Part shown: positions 35,419 through 45,106 of the stretch, one piece after another
Numbering within the stretch: the stretch's first letter is position 1
Layout of the letters: the number at the start of each line of letters is the position of its first letter
Assembly: GCA_965203175.1 (NCBI GenBank)
Contig: OZ241867.1
Location: 2,624,001 to 2,688,000 of the forward strand
Source: Candidatus Latescibacterota bacterium
GTDB lineage: Bacteria; Latescibacterota; UBA2968; UBA8231
DNA: 64,000 nt
Direction: 5' to 3'
Position numbers and translations under genes: made by a program
Notes under the pieces: generated by a model
Databases searched by the model: none
What the model saw: the letters and a program-made list of their open reading frames with translations, nothing else
What the model was told of the DNA's origin: nothing

Positions 35419-36165
35419 TCAGCGGTAGTCTTCGGCTCGGTCCGCGGGCACAAAGCCCACCGTCTGGCGAGCGTGTTCTAAGTCGCGGTAGCCCCATTTG
35501 TTGTCCGAGGTGACGAAGAAGGTGTCGAAGGATAAGTCGAGGGGAGCGGCAAGGCACTTTTCGATCATCTGCACGGCGTCGCGCTGGCTGCACCAGACGC
35601 AGAACTCGCGAGAATGGATCGGACGATTTTCCGGGTTGACGCGGCCAAAGCGAAGGCAGAGGACAGACATGCCATAAGCCGAAGCATACTCGCGCCCCAA
35701 CTCTTCGCCCCAGACCTTGCTGGCCGCGTACAATCCCGTTGGCCGCAGGGGCGATTGCGCGGTCAGCATCGGCCACTCAGCGGGCACTTGGTCGTACTCG
35801 CCGGCCAAAAGCTCCTTGTATGGGGAAAGTGCGGCATAACCACCCATGACTGACCCACTGCTGGCGAAGAGAACGCGCCGTACTCCGGCCTCGTGGGCCG
35901 CGGCAAAAACATTCCCCGTCCCCTGCAAGTTGGCGCGGGAAATCGCCGCTAGGTCGTTTTCAATATGGGCGGCAAGATGGACGACCGCGTCGATCCCCGC
36001 AAAGGCTGGTCGGATGGCATCGAGATCGGCAATATCGGCCTGGTGGCAGTCGATGTGCGGAAGCGGGCGGCGATTGAGGGCACGCAAGTTATAGCGGGTG
36101 CGTAAGCTAGCGACAGCGGCTGTGCCGATCAGACCCGTGGCGCCTGTGATGAGGACGTTTTGCAT
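35419..36165 (-). CDS. NAD-dependent epimerase/dehydratase (uronate dehydrogenase-like)
   Basis: ITGATGLIG, HLAA and YAASK. Confidence 0.85.
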   Translation of the reverse strand: MQNVLITGATGLIGTAAVASLRTRYNLRALNRRPLPHIDCHQADIADLDAIRPAFAGIDAVVHLAAHIENDLAAISRANLQGTGNVFAAAHEAGVRRVLFASSGSVMGGYAALSPYKELLAGEYDQVPAEWPMLTAQSPLRPTGLYAASKVWGEELGREYASAYGMSVLCLRFGRVNPENRPIHSREFCVWCSQRDAVQMIEKCLAAPLDLSFDTFFVTSDNKWGYRDLEHARQTVGFVPADRAEDYR

Positions 36166-36278
36166 AAGCCATGTTAGGGTTGAGGATTGGCTCTCATTAG
36201 TAAGGAATACGGCCAGACGTGTCCAGCGGGCGCGGCCCGTGTTGTGGGCAATTGGCGCTTTGGCTACTATAAACCGCC

Positions 36279-37559
36279 GTGAAATACACAATGGCGATAT
36301 GGAGTTTTTGCGCGTTAGCAGCGCTGCTTGCTATCGGCTGCACAGCCGATAGAGAAAGAGTGCCCGGCGAGCCGGTACAAATTTCGATGTGGATGTTCGG
36401 CGGGGTGGAGGAGCAGGACCGGTGGTTGCGGCAGGCAGTGAACCGGTTTAATGCCGTACAAGACAACATCCACGTCGATTACGAGAATCGGGATTGGGCC
36501 ACGCAGCGGGAGAGCCTGATTACCTCGACGATTGCCGGCGAGGGGCCGGACATCATTCGCGTTCACCACAAGTACTCAGTGGAATTTGGCGAGTTGGGCG
36601 GGCTGTACGCGCTGGAGCGGTTTGCGGATTTTCCCCAAGTCAAAGCGCGGATTCTCGACAATCTGTGGGAGCACGTCGCGTACGGAGGCCAGCACTTTGG
36701 GCTACCCATCCAGATTTTGCCTTTTATCATGGCAGTGAACAAAGCGCTATTGGCCGAGCACGAGGTGGAAGTGCCCCAGACTTGGGAGGATATGCTGGCG
36801 CTGGGGCCGGTGCTCAAGGAGCGGGGGCTTTTCGCCTTCACCATGCCGGCGGGGCTGAACCAAGACACGGCCTACCGCTTTTTGCCTCTACTCTACAAGG
36901 CGGGTGGGAGAGTATTCAACGAGGACTGGACGCGAGCTGCCTTTAATGGCCCAGCCGGTATCTCGGCGTTGGAGTTCCTCGTGGCGATGAAGGAGCAGGG
37001 CTTTATGCCGCCAGCGTGCGCCGCCTATGCCTTTGACGAGAACGCGGCAACGTGGTGTACGGAAAAAGCGCTGCTGTCGATTGAGGGGCCGTGGTGGCAG
37101 CATATCGCGTCCAATAACTACGACTTCCCGGTGGAGAAGTTGCAGTTGATCCGGTTGCCCGGACCGGCTCAGCCGCTCGGACCGCATCCACCGCGCACCC
37201 TGCTAGACTTGGTCATGGTGGCAATCACCGGCTATACCCGAGCGCCGGAGGAGGCGTGGACGGTGATCAAGGCCCTGTGGCTCGACGACCCGCAGTGGCA
37301 CGTCCCCAACGCTGAGATGCTGGGCTTCCCCACTCAGAAGATCGCCTACGCCCCGGGAATCGAGTCGAATTTCATCAACGCCGAGGTGCTGGCTGCGGCT
37401 GGACAAAACGGCTTAGCTTGGCCGGGGCACCCAGCAGTGACACAGATCCAGCGGCAGATGGCCGACGCGGTCAATATGGCGCTGAGCGGGACCTTGTCTC
37501 CCAAGGAGGCACTCGACCAAGCAGCGGAGGAAGTGGACGAAATTTTGGAGGATTATTGA
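36279..37559 (+). CDS. Carbohydrate ABC (CUT1) substrate-binding lipoprotein
   Basis: AIGC lipobox, GEGPDI and PQTWED. Confidence 0.85.
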   Translation: MKYTMAIWSFCALAALLAIGCTADRERVPGEPVQISMWMFGGVEEQDRWLRQAVNRFNAVQDNIHVDYENRDWATQRESLITSTIAGEGPDIIRVHHKYSVEFGELGGLYALERFADFPQVKARILDNLWEHVAYGGQHFGLPIQILPFIMAVNKALLAEHEVEVPQTWEDMLALGPVLKERGLFAFTMPAGLNQDTAYRFLPLLYKAGGRVFNEDWTRAAFNGPAGISALEFLVAMKEQGFMPPACAAYAFDENAATWCTEKALLSIEGPWWQHIASNNYDFPVEKLQLIRLPGPAQPLGPHPPRTLLDLVMVAITGYTRAPEEAWTVIKALWLDDPQWHVPNAEMLGFPTQKIAYAPGIESNFINAEVLAAAGQNGLAWPGHPAVTQIQRQMADAVNMALSGTLSPKEALDQAAEEVDEILEDY

Positions 37560-37577
37560 CCTGCGCATGCTGTTCGT

Positions 37578-38846
37578 ATGTCCGTAAAACGAATGCTCAT
37601 TCCGCTCTTCGTGGGCTTGATCGCCTGCGGAGGCGACGACCGCCCGCGTCCCGGCGAGCCGACCACAGTAGTGTTGTGGGAGTTCGGGGGCGTGCCGGGC
37701 CTGCGCGCATGGGTGCAACAGGCCGTGGCCGACTTCAACGCCGCGCGCAGCGATATCCAGATCGAGCTGGAGTTCCGCGACTGGGCGACGCAGCGCGAGA
37801 GCTTAATCAGCACCACCATCGTCGGCGATGGGCCGGATATTGTGCGGGTGCATCACAAGTACTCGGTGGAATTCGGCGAGTTAGGGGGACTGTACGCGCT
37901 GGAGAATTTTCCCGACTTCCCCCAGGTCAAGGAGCGCATCCTCGACAACGTCTGGGAACTAGTCGAATACGATGGCAAGCACTACGGCCTGCCGGTGACC
38001 ATGCTGCCCTTTGTGCTGGCGGTCAACACCGACATTATGGGGCGGATGGGGCTCGAAGTGCCCGAGACTTGGGACGAGATGTTGGCACTAGGGCCGCAGT
38101 TCGCGGGTACGGGAATCGAGCCTTTTACCATGCCTGGGGGCGTCAATCTGGACACGGCCTACCGCTTTTTGCCGTTGCTGTACAAAGCGGGTGGGCGCGT
38201 CTTTAACGAAGATTGGTCGGCCGCCGCCTTTAACGGCCCAGCCGGGCAAGCAGCGTTGGAATTTCTAGTAGAGATGAAAAACAAGGGCTATTTGCCAGCC
38301 GGCAGCGCGGCCTATCGCTTCGACGAGAACGCCGCGCACTGGTCAACCGGCAAGGCAGCGCTGTCGATTGAGGGGCCGTGGTGGCAGGATATCGTCCACG
38401 GCAACTACGACTTCGATTTGAACAACCTGGCGCTGGCGCAAATTCCTGTGCCCACAGAGCACATCGGGCCGCACGAATCGCGGACGTTGCTCGACGTGAT
38501 TATGATTGCCATAACGGGCTACACCAAGGTCCCCAATGAAGCCTGGGAAGTGGTCAAGGCACTGGATTTGGACCATCCGGTCTGGCGCAACCCCAACCCC
38601 ACCATGGGCGGCATTCCCACGCTGAAGGCCGCCTATGCCGAAGGCGTGCAGTCCGATTACATCGACCTGGACCAGCTCGCCACAGCCGGGGCCAATGGGC
38701 TAGGCTGGCCGGGGCATCCGGCGATCACCCAAATCCAGCGGCACATTGCCGACGCGGTCAATATGGCGCTGACCGGCTCGCTAAGCCCCAAGGAGGCGCT
38801 GGACTTTGCCGCCGAAGAAGTAAACGAGGTGTTGAGTGATTACTAA
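37578..38846 (+). CDS. Carbohydrate ABC (CUT1) substrate-binding lipoprotein, paralog of the previous gene
   Basis: LIAC lipobox; shares long identical blocks such as RVHHKYSVEFGELGGLYALE. Confidence 0.85.
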   Translation: MSVKRMLIPLFVGLIACGGDDRPRPGEPTTVVLWEFGGVPGLRAWVQQAVADFNAARSDIQIELEFRDWATQRESLISTTIVGDGPDIVRVHHKYSVEFGELGGLYALENFPDFPQVKERILDNVWELVEYDGKHYGLPVTMLPFVLAVNTDIMGRMGLEVPETWDEMLALGPQFAGTGIEPFTMPGGVNLDTAYRFLPLLYKAGGRVFNEDWSAAAFNGPAGQAALEFLVEMKNKGYLPAGSAAYRFDENAAHWSTGKAALSIEGPWWQDIVHGNYDFDLNNLALAQIPVPTEHIGPHESRTLLDVIMIAITGYTKVPNEAWEVVKALDLDHPVWRNPNPTMGGIPTLKAAYAEGVQSDYIDLDQLATAGANGLGWPGHPAITQIQRHIADAVNMALTGSLSPKEALDFAAEEVNEVLSDY

Positions 38847-39741
38847 AGGCGCACTGCGCAAAAATCTGACGCCGTACTATTTCTTGCTACCGGCCATACT
38901 GGTCTTAGCAGTCGTCATCCTCTACCCGGTGTTCAGCAACCTGATCATGAGCCTGTACAAGGTGAAACTCTTTCGCGGCGCTGGCGACGAGTTCATCGGC
39001 CTGACTCACTACGCCAAGCTCTTCGGCAGCCGCACCTTTGTCAACAGCATCTGGAGTTCGGTGCGCTTTACGCTCTACTCCCTGCCGGTAGCCTTCGTCC
39101 TGGGCTTGGGGATGGCGTTGATCTTCAACGAGATCCGCAAGTATCGGCCGGTCTTTACCGGCTTTCTGCTCATCCCCTGGGCCATCGCTCCGGTCGTAAC
39201 TGGCTACATGTGGCGCTGGCTCTTCCACGACAGCTTCGGCCTCGTCAATCATACGCTCTTAAGCCTCGGCTTCATCGACGCCAACGTCCCTTGGCTGGCG
39301 CAGCCAGACGCGGCTATGGGTGCGGTGGTGGTGGCCAATGTCTGGCGCTTCATGCCCTACATCACTATCATGCTGCTGGCGGGTTTGCAGGGCGTGTCCG
39401 CCGAGCTGTACGAGGCCGCGCACGTCGATGGTGCCAATGTGTTCGGGCGCTTCTTCCACGTGACCCTGCCGCAGCTCAAACACGTAATCGGAGTGGTCTT
39501 CCTCTTCGCCACCATCTGGATGGTCAACGACTTCGCACTGATCTTCATAATGACCGAGGGCGGCCCAGCCAAGGCCACGCAAGTAGTGCCGATTACGGTC
39601 TACCGCATCGCCTTCGAGCACTTGCGGCTCGGCAAGGGCGCGGCCGCAGCGCTGATTCTGCTGCTCTTTTTGCTGGCCATGAGCATCGTCTTCATCCGCG
39701 TGCTCTTCCGCGAGGAGAGGAGGAGTGCGGATGCGAATTAA
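38836..39741 (+). CDS. Sugar ABC permease (MalF-like)
   Basis: ELYEAAHVDGA EAA loop and TM helices. Confidence 0.9.
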   Translation: MITKGALRKNLTPYYFLLPAILVLAVVILYPVFSNLIMSLYKVKLFRGAGDEFIGLTHYAKLFGSRTFVNSIWSSVRFTLYSLPVAFVLGLGMALIFNEIRKYRPVFTGFLLIPWAIAPVVTGYMWRWLFHDSFGLVNHTLLSLGFIDANVPWLAQPDAAMGAVVVANVWRFMPYITIMLLAGLQGVSAELYEAAHVDGANVFGRFFHVTLPQLKHVIGVVFLFATIWMVNDFALIFIMTEGGPAKATQVVPITVYRIAFEHLRLGKGAAAALILLLFLLAMSIVFIRVLFREERRSADAN

Positions 39742-40570
39742 GACCCAAGAAAAAGTCCGCGCCTATCTCGCCTACGGCTTAGGCTCGGTTTTCGTACTCA
39801 CGCTGGTGATGCCGCTGATATGGGTGGTGACCACGTCCATGCGTCCCCTGTCCGAGATGACCCGCACCCCGCCGCTGGTCTTCCCCCGCTCCCTCACCTT
39901 CCACGCGTACGTCGAGATGTGGGACACCGGGCCGTTTGTGAAGTACTTTGCCAACAGCATGGCCATTTCCCTTTCTACCGCCCTGATCGCCCTCGCGTTT
40001 AGCGTCTGCGCGGCGTATGCCTTTGCCCGCTTTCGCTTTCGCGGCAACACCTTGTTGCTAATGGTAGTGGTGATGTCGCAAATGCTACCCGGCTCTTCGA
40101 TCCTCATCCCGCTCTTTCAGGTGATTCGCTCGTTCGGCTTGCTCGACACGCACGTGGGCATGGTGCTGATCTACACGGGCTTTGCCATCCCGTTTTGCAC
40201 CTGGCTGCTCAACGGCTACTTCCGCGCCATCCCCACCGATCTAGAACAAGCCGCGCTCATCGACGGCTGCAACCGCCTCCAGCTACTCTACCGGATCGTC
40301 TTGCCGCTGGCCGCACCGGCGATCGTGGCAGTGGGGACCTTTGCGTTTTTGCTTTCGTGGAATGAATTCTTGTTCGCTTTTGTGTTTACCAAATCGCAGG
40401 CCCTGACCATTCCGGTGGGGCTGCGTGCCGCGTTTTTGGGACAATACGTCAACAAATACGATCAGCTATTCGCCGCATCGCTGATTTTTAGCCTACCGCC
40501 AATCGCGCTCTTTGTCGGATTGCAGCGGTACTTTGTCCAGGGATTGACGGCTGGCGCTGTAAAGGGATAG
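39731..40570 (+). CDS. Sugar ABC permease (MalG-like)
   Basis: DLEQAALIDG, WNEFL and QRYFVQGLTAGAVKG. Confidence 0.9.
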   Translation: MRIKTQEKVRAYLAYGLGSVFVLTLVMPLIWVVTTSMRPLSEMTRTPPLVFPRSLTFHAYVEMWDTGPFVKYFANSMAISLSTALIALAFSVCAAYAFARFRFRGNTLLLMVVVMSQMLPGSSILIPLFQVIRSFGLLDTHVGMVLIYTGFAIPFCTWLLNGYFRAIPTDLEQAALIDGCNRLQLLYRIVLPLAAPAIVAVGTFAFLLSWNEFLFAFVFTKSQALTIPVGLRAAFLGQYVNKYDQLFAASLIFSLPPIALFVGLQRYFVQGLTAGAVKG

Positions 40571-40578
40571 GAGAACAG

Positions 40579-41568
40579 ATGACTAAGACTAAAACATGGC
40601 TGCTGTGCGCCCTATTGGTCGCCGCTTGCGGGCAACCAGACGACGCGCCCGATAAACTCAAGATCGGCTACGTCATCAACTTCATGTCGCACGAGTGGTA
40701 CCAAAACATCAGTAGGTCAGCGACAGCGCGAGCGACCGAGTTGGATGTCGAATTGATCGTCGCCGACGCCAACCTCGACGTGGCCGCGCAAATCTCCAAA
40801 GCCGAAAACCTACTCGCCCAAGGGGTGAAAGTGCTGATTCTATCGCCAGTGGACGCCAAGGCGATGGGGCCGATAGTGCGGCAAGCCAAGGCCGCAGGTA
40901 CCAAAGTGATTACCGAATCCAACCCCGTGTCCGAAGCCGCCAGCTACGTGGGAATCGACAACTACGCGGGTGGGGTCAAGGCCGGCGAGTGGTTTGCCAG
41001 CTACGCGGCGGAGAAGGGTCTTGACCCCAAAGTCCTCATCGTCGGCTTTCCCAACTTCGAGGACTGTCGGCAGCGAGTCGATGGCTTTAAAGACGCGCTC
41101 GCCGCCTCGGGTCTGACCCATGAGATCGTCCAAGAAGTCGATGGGCAGGGCCTCAAGGAAAAGGCGTTCAAGGTGGCGCAGGACGCGCTGACGGCCAACC
41201 CGCAGATCAATGTGATCTACGGCATCAACGACGACTCGACGACCGGCGGCATGGCAGCCTACAAGGCAGCCGGGTTGGACGAATCAACGCTGACCGCGAT
41301 CGGCTTCGGCTTCGAAGGCACCGTGGGACAGACGGCTCTAACCGGCGACACGCCCTACGCGGCAGCGCTGGCGATGTTTCCCAACTTTGTCGGAAGCGCG
41401 CTCATCGATGCGGCCGTACAAATAGCGCGCGGCGAGCAGCTCCCCCCCCACTACGAGACACCGACCATCGTCGTCACCCGCGACAATCTCAGCCGCTTCT
41501 ACGACATGAGCACCGAACCGCCCTTCGCGCTCAAGGTGGATGCGGTGCGGGCCTTGATGGCACAATGA
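40579..41568 (+). CDS. Monosaccharide ABC (CUT2, RbsB-like) binding lipoprotein
   Basis: VAAC lipobox, YVGIDN and YGINDD. Confidence 0.85.
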   Translation: MTKTKTWLLCALLVAACGQPDDAPDKLKIGYVINFMSHEWYQNISRSATARATELDVELIVADANLDVAAQISKAENLLAQGVKVLILSPVDAKAMGPIVRQAKAAGTKVITESNPVSEAASYVGIDNYAGGVKAGEWFASYAAEKGLDPKVLIVGFPNFEDCRQRVDGFKDALAASGLTHEIVQEVDGQGLKEKAFKVAQDALTANPQINVIYGINDDSTTGGMAAYKAAGLDESTLTAIGFGFEGTVGQTALTGDTPYAAALAMFPNFVGSALIDAAVQIARGEQLPPHYETPTIVVTRDNLSRFYDMSTEPPFALKVDAVRALMAQ

Positions 41569-42536
41569 GCCGCTTGCTGTCGCGGATGCTCCACAGCGAG
41601 CAGGCCGGGCTGTTGCTGGCGCTGGTCTTGCTCTGCGTGGGGATTTCCCTGCTGACGCCGGTCTTCTTTACCGCCGTCAATATCAAGAACGTGCTGCGCG
41701 ACGCCTCGTTGGTGGCCATCGCCGGAATCGGCATGGTGATGATCATCCTGCTCGGCGAGATCGACCTGAGTGTCGGCTCGACCCAAGCAGTGGCTGGAAT
41801 CATCGCCGTGGCCGTGCTCAACCAGTTTGAGAGCGTAACGCTGGCACTCGTCGCCGCACTCGCCGCCGGAGCGCTCGTCGGCCTGTGCAACGGACTGTTA
41901 GTCACCAAGGCCGGTATCAACTCCCTAATCGCGACCTTGGGCATGATGGCGATTTTACGCGGCGCAGCCATGGTCAGCACCCAAGCGGTGTCGATCCAAG
42001 GCAAAGTAGAAGGCTTCATCGAAGTGGGAACCGGGCATTGGGGGCCGATCCCGATCCCAGTGCTGGTGACCTTTGTCCTCTTGGGACTGTTTTACTACGT
42101 CGTACACCACACCATCCTCGGCCGCTATATCTACGCCATCGGCGGCAACATCCAAGCGGCGCGGCTCGCGGGCTTGGCCGTCGATCGCACGCGCGTCTTG
42201 GTCTTTGTGCTCGGCGGCGTACTAGCGGCGCTGAGCGCCTTTATCTTGGCCTCGCGCCTCAACTCCGGGCAGCCGAATGCCGGCCTGGGGTTTGAGTTGC
42301 AGGTAATCGCCGCGGTGATCTTGGGCGGCATCAGCCTGACGGGCGGCGTGGGTACGCTCGGCGGTGCCTTTATCGGCATCCTGATTCTGACAGTGCTCTC
42401 CAACGGCTTGGTGCTATTGAACGTGTCGTCCTTCTACCACGACATTGCGCGCGGCGCAGTAATTATCCTCGCTGTGTATCTAGACACTCGCCGCAAGCAA
42501 AGCCTCCTGCGGCGGTTACTCGCGCCCCCGACATGA
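41565..42536 (+). CDS. RbsC-like ABC permease
   Basis: IDLSVGS, GRYIYAIGGN and ELQVIAAVILGG. Confidence 0.9.
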   Translation: MSRLLSRMLHSEQAGLLLALVLLCVGISLLTPVFFTAVNIKNVLRDASLVAIAGIGMVMIILLGEIDLSVGSTQAVAGIIAVAVLNQFESVTLALVAALAAGALVGLCNGLLVTKAGINSLIATLGMMAILRGAAMVSTQAVSIQGKVEGFIEVGTGHWGPIPIPVLVTFVLLGLFYYVVHHTILGRYIYAIGGNIQAARLAGLAVDRTRVLVFVLGGVLAALSAFILASRLNSGQPNAGLGFELQVIAAVILGGISLTGGVGTLGGAFIGILILTVLSNGLVLLNVSSFYHDIARGAVIILAVYLDTRRKQSLLRRLLAPPT

Positions 42537-44023
42537 CGCCGCTACTGTCCCTAGAGGACATCCACAAGCGCTTCCCCGGCGTCTATGCGCTCAAGGGCGT
42601 TGACTTTGCAGTGCTGCCAGGAGAAGTCCACGCGCTGGTCGGCGAAAACGGCGCGGGCAAGAGCACCTTGATCAAAATTGCGGCTGGTGTGTACCACCGA
42701 GACCAAGGCCGCTACCAGATCGCGGGCCGTCCCGTAGATATCCGCCATCCGCGCCAAGCCCTGGACCACGGCCTTGCGGTCGTTTACCAAGAGTTAGAGT
42801 TAGTCCCCTCGCTGTCAGTCGCTGAGAATCTGTTCTTCGGTCGCCTGCCACACGGGCGCGGTGGGCGCGTCCAGTGGAATGCGCTCTACGCTGCTTCGGC
42901 AAAGCTATTGGACGAGGTCGGGCTGGCGGTCGATCCGCAGACCAAGGTCGGCCACCTCGGCGTAGCCGCGCAGCAATTAGTCGAGATCGCGCGGGCGCTG
43001 GCGTGCGACGCCCAAGTAATCATCATGGACGAGCCGACCTCGGCCCTGAGTACGCGCGAGATCGACAAGCTCTTTGCGCTCATTGCCCGGCTCAAGGCGC
43101 GGGGCGTGGGCGTGGTCTATGTATCGCACAAGCTCGCCGAGGTCATGGCACTGGCCGACCAGGTGACGGTCTTGCGCGACGGAGAGCGCGTCGCCTGCGA
43201 GCCAGCAGCCGACCTCGACGAAGAGCAACTTATCGCCCTGATGGTCGGACGGGAGTTGGGCCAAGGATTCCCCGCGGCCGATCGCACGCCGGGGCCGTGT
43301 GCGTTGGAGGTGGAGGGGTTGACTACGGACCGAGTGCAGGATATTTCCTTCCGGGTATACACTGGGGAAATCGTCGGCTTCTCTGGACTAATGGGCGCAG
43401 GACGGACGGAACTAGCGCGAGCCGTGATGGGCGCGGATCGCCGCCGCGCTGGAACCATTACTATCGACGGAGTCGCCGTACCAGCGAACGCACCGCCGCA
43501 GGCGCGTACTCTCGGGTTGGGCTTAGTACCGGAAGACCGCCGGGCCGACGGCCTGTTCGCGCAGCAGAGCGTGCGCGCAAACGCGAGCGTCGCAGCCTTA
43601 GAGCAATTCTGCCGAGCCGGCCATGTGCAGGTAGGCATGGAGCGGCAGCAGGTTGGCTCACTCGTCGCACGCCTGCGCCTGCGTCCCCCCGACCAAGAAC
43701 AGACCATCGCGCGGCTCAGCGGCGGCAATCAGCAAAAGGCACTGCTGGCCCGCTGGCTGCTCAAGGAAAACTTGCGAGTGCTGCTCGTTGATGAGCCGAC
43801 CCGGGGAATCGATGTCGGCGCCAAGGCCGAGATTTATCAACTGCTAGACGGACTGGCGCGCCAAGGACTGGCAATCGTGGTCCTCTCGTCAGAAATGCCC
43901 GAAATTCTGGGACTGTGCGACCGAGTGTACGTGATGCGCGAGGGACAGATCGCCGCCGAGTACGCACGAACCGAAGCCACGCCGGAAAAACTCTTGGCCA
44001 GCGCCCTGCCCAGTACCAGCTAA
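42533..44023 (+). CDS. RbsA-like ABC ATPase (two NBDs)
   Basis: GENGAGKST, DEPT, LSGGNQQK and RGIDVGAK. Confidence 0.92.
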   Translation: MTPLLSLEDIHKRFPGVYALKGVDFAVLPGEVHALVGENGAGKSTLIKIAAGVYHRDQGRYQIAGRPVDIRHPRQALDHGLAVVYQELELVPSLSVAENLFFGRLPHGRGGRVQWNALYAASAKLLDEVGLAVDPQTKVGHLGVAAQQLVEIARALACDAQVIIMDEPTSALSTREIDKLFALIARLKARGVGVVYVSHKLAEVMALADQVTVLRDGERVACEPAADLDEEQLIALMVGRELGQGFPAADRTPGPCALEVEGLTTDRVQDISFRVYTGEIVGFSGLMGAGRTELARAVMGADRRRAGTITIDGVAVPANAPPQARTLGLGLVPEDRRADGLFAQQSVRANASVAALEQFCRAGHVQVGMERQQVGSLVARLRLRPPDQEQTIARLSGGNQQKALLARWLLKENLRVLLVDEPTRGIDVGAKAEIYQLLDGLARQGLAIVVLSSEMPEILGLCDRVYVMREGQIAAEYARTEATPEKLLASALPSTS

Positions 44024-44053
44024 AGCCATTCCTCCCTATCAAAGAGGTGCAAC

Positions 44054-45082
44054 GTGAAAATCCTAATCACCGGCGGCACCGGCCGCGTTGGAGCCAATTT
44101 GGCAAAAGCCCTGCTCGACAAAGGGCACGACATCCGCTCATTTGTCTATCCCGGCGACCAAAGTCGCGCCCACAAGCTCGACGGCTTTGACCGCGTCGAA
44201 ACCATCGAAGGCGATTTGCGCAATCTCGCCGATGTGCGCCGCGCCATCGAGGGAGTCGATGCGGTGTACCACATTGCCGCGGCCTTTGGCGGTCCCTTCG
44301 ACAACCGCGAATACCTCGAAATCAACGGCATGGGCACCATCAACGTGCTGGAGTCCATCCGCGAGTTGACACCTAATCTGCACCGCTTGGTCTATGCCTC
44401 CACCGAGGCGATTTACTGGGAGAATCCCTACAACGGCCGCTGCTTTGAAGAGCCCATCCGCGAAGACCAAGTCGCCCGCTACCAGACGATGCCCTACTTC
44501 CTGACCAAGTGGATCGGCGAGGAGCTGGTGATGAGCTATAACTTGCAGTTTGGGCTCCCATCGGTGACCACGCGCTTTGCCACGATTATTGAGCCTGGAG
44601 AATTCCTCGACCAAAACGGCTTACCGCACCTGTTCCTGTTCGGGCCGGTTTACGAGCAGTTCAAAGACCGAGAGGGGGCCGAGGAGCTCAAGGCACTGTG
44701 GACGGGCGAGGAGCAGTTCTTGCTATCGCGCAATCCAGACGGGCGGCCCTTTCGGCAGGTGTATGCCGACGTGCGCGACATCGTCCAAGGGCTGGTGTTG
44801 GCGCTGGAGCGGGACGAGGCCGTGGGCGAGGTGTTCAACTTAGGCGGGGCCGCGCTGTTCGATTGGGGCGCAACCGTGCCCTATCTCGCCGAGCGCTTCG
44901 GATTGGGGTACGCCGATGCGCGGCGACCGGATTGGAACTACTTCGAGTTGGATTTGACGAACATCAAGGCAAAGCTGGGGTTTGAACCCAAGCACGACTT
45001 GGCGAGCATCCTCGACGCGGCTGAGGCCATGCGGCGCGGGGAGGACGTGGGGATTATTCCAACGGGCGTGCGCTTTGGCTAG
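44054..45082 (+). CDS. NAD-dependent epimerase/dehydratase
   Basis: ITGGTGRVG and YFLTK. Confidence 0.85.
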   Translation: MKILITGGTGRVGANLAKALLDKGHDIRSFVYPGDQSRAHKLDGFDRVETIEGDLRNLADVRRAIEGVDAVYHIAAAFGGPFDNREYLEINGMGTINVLESIRELTPNLHRLVYASTEAIYWENPYNGRCFEEPIREDQVARYQTMPYFLTKWIGEELVMSYNLQFGLPSVTTRFATIIEPGEFLDQNGLPHLFLFGPVYEQFKDREGAEELKALWTGEEQFLLSRNPDGRPFRQVYADVRDIVQGLVLALERDEAVGEVFNLGGAALFDWGATVPYLAERFGLGYADARRPDWNYFELDLTNIKAKLGFEPKHDLASILDAAEAMRRGEDVGIIPTGVRFG

Positions 45083-45106
45083 CGTAGTGGTGCGAAGGAG
45101 ATCCAC

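Noticed and set aside
35408-35776. Fusion or read-through between the epimerase and the CBM9-like gene
   Set aside because: The frames differ, and the CBM9-like gene has its own RBS and signal peptide at 35407.
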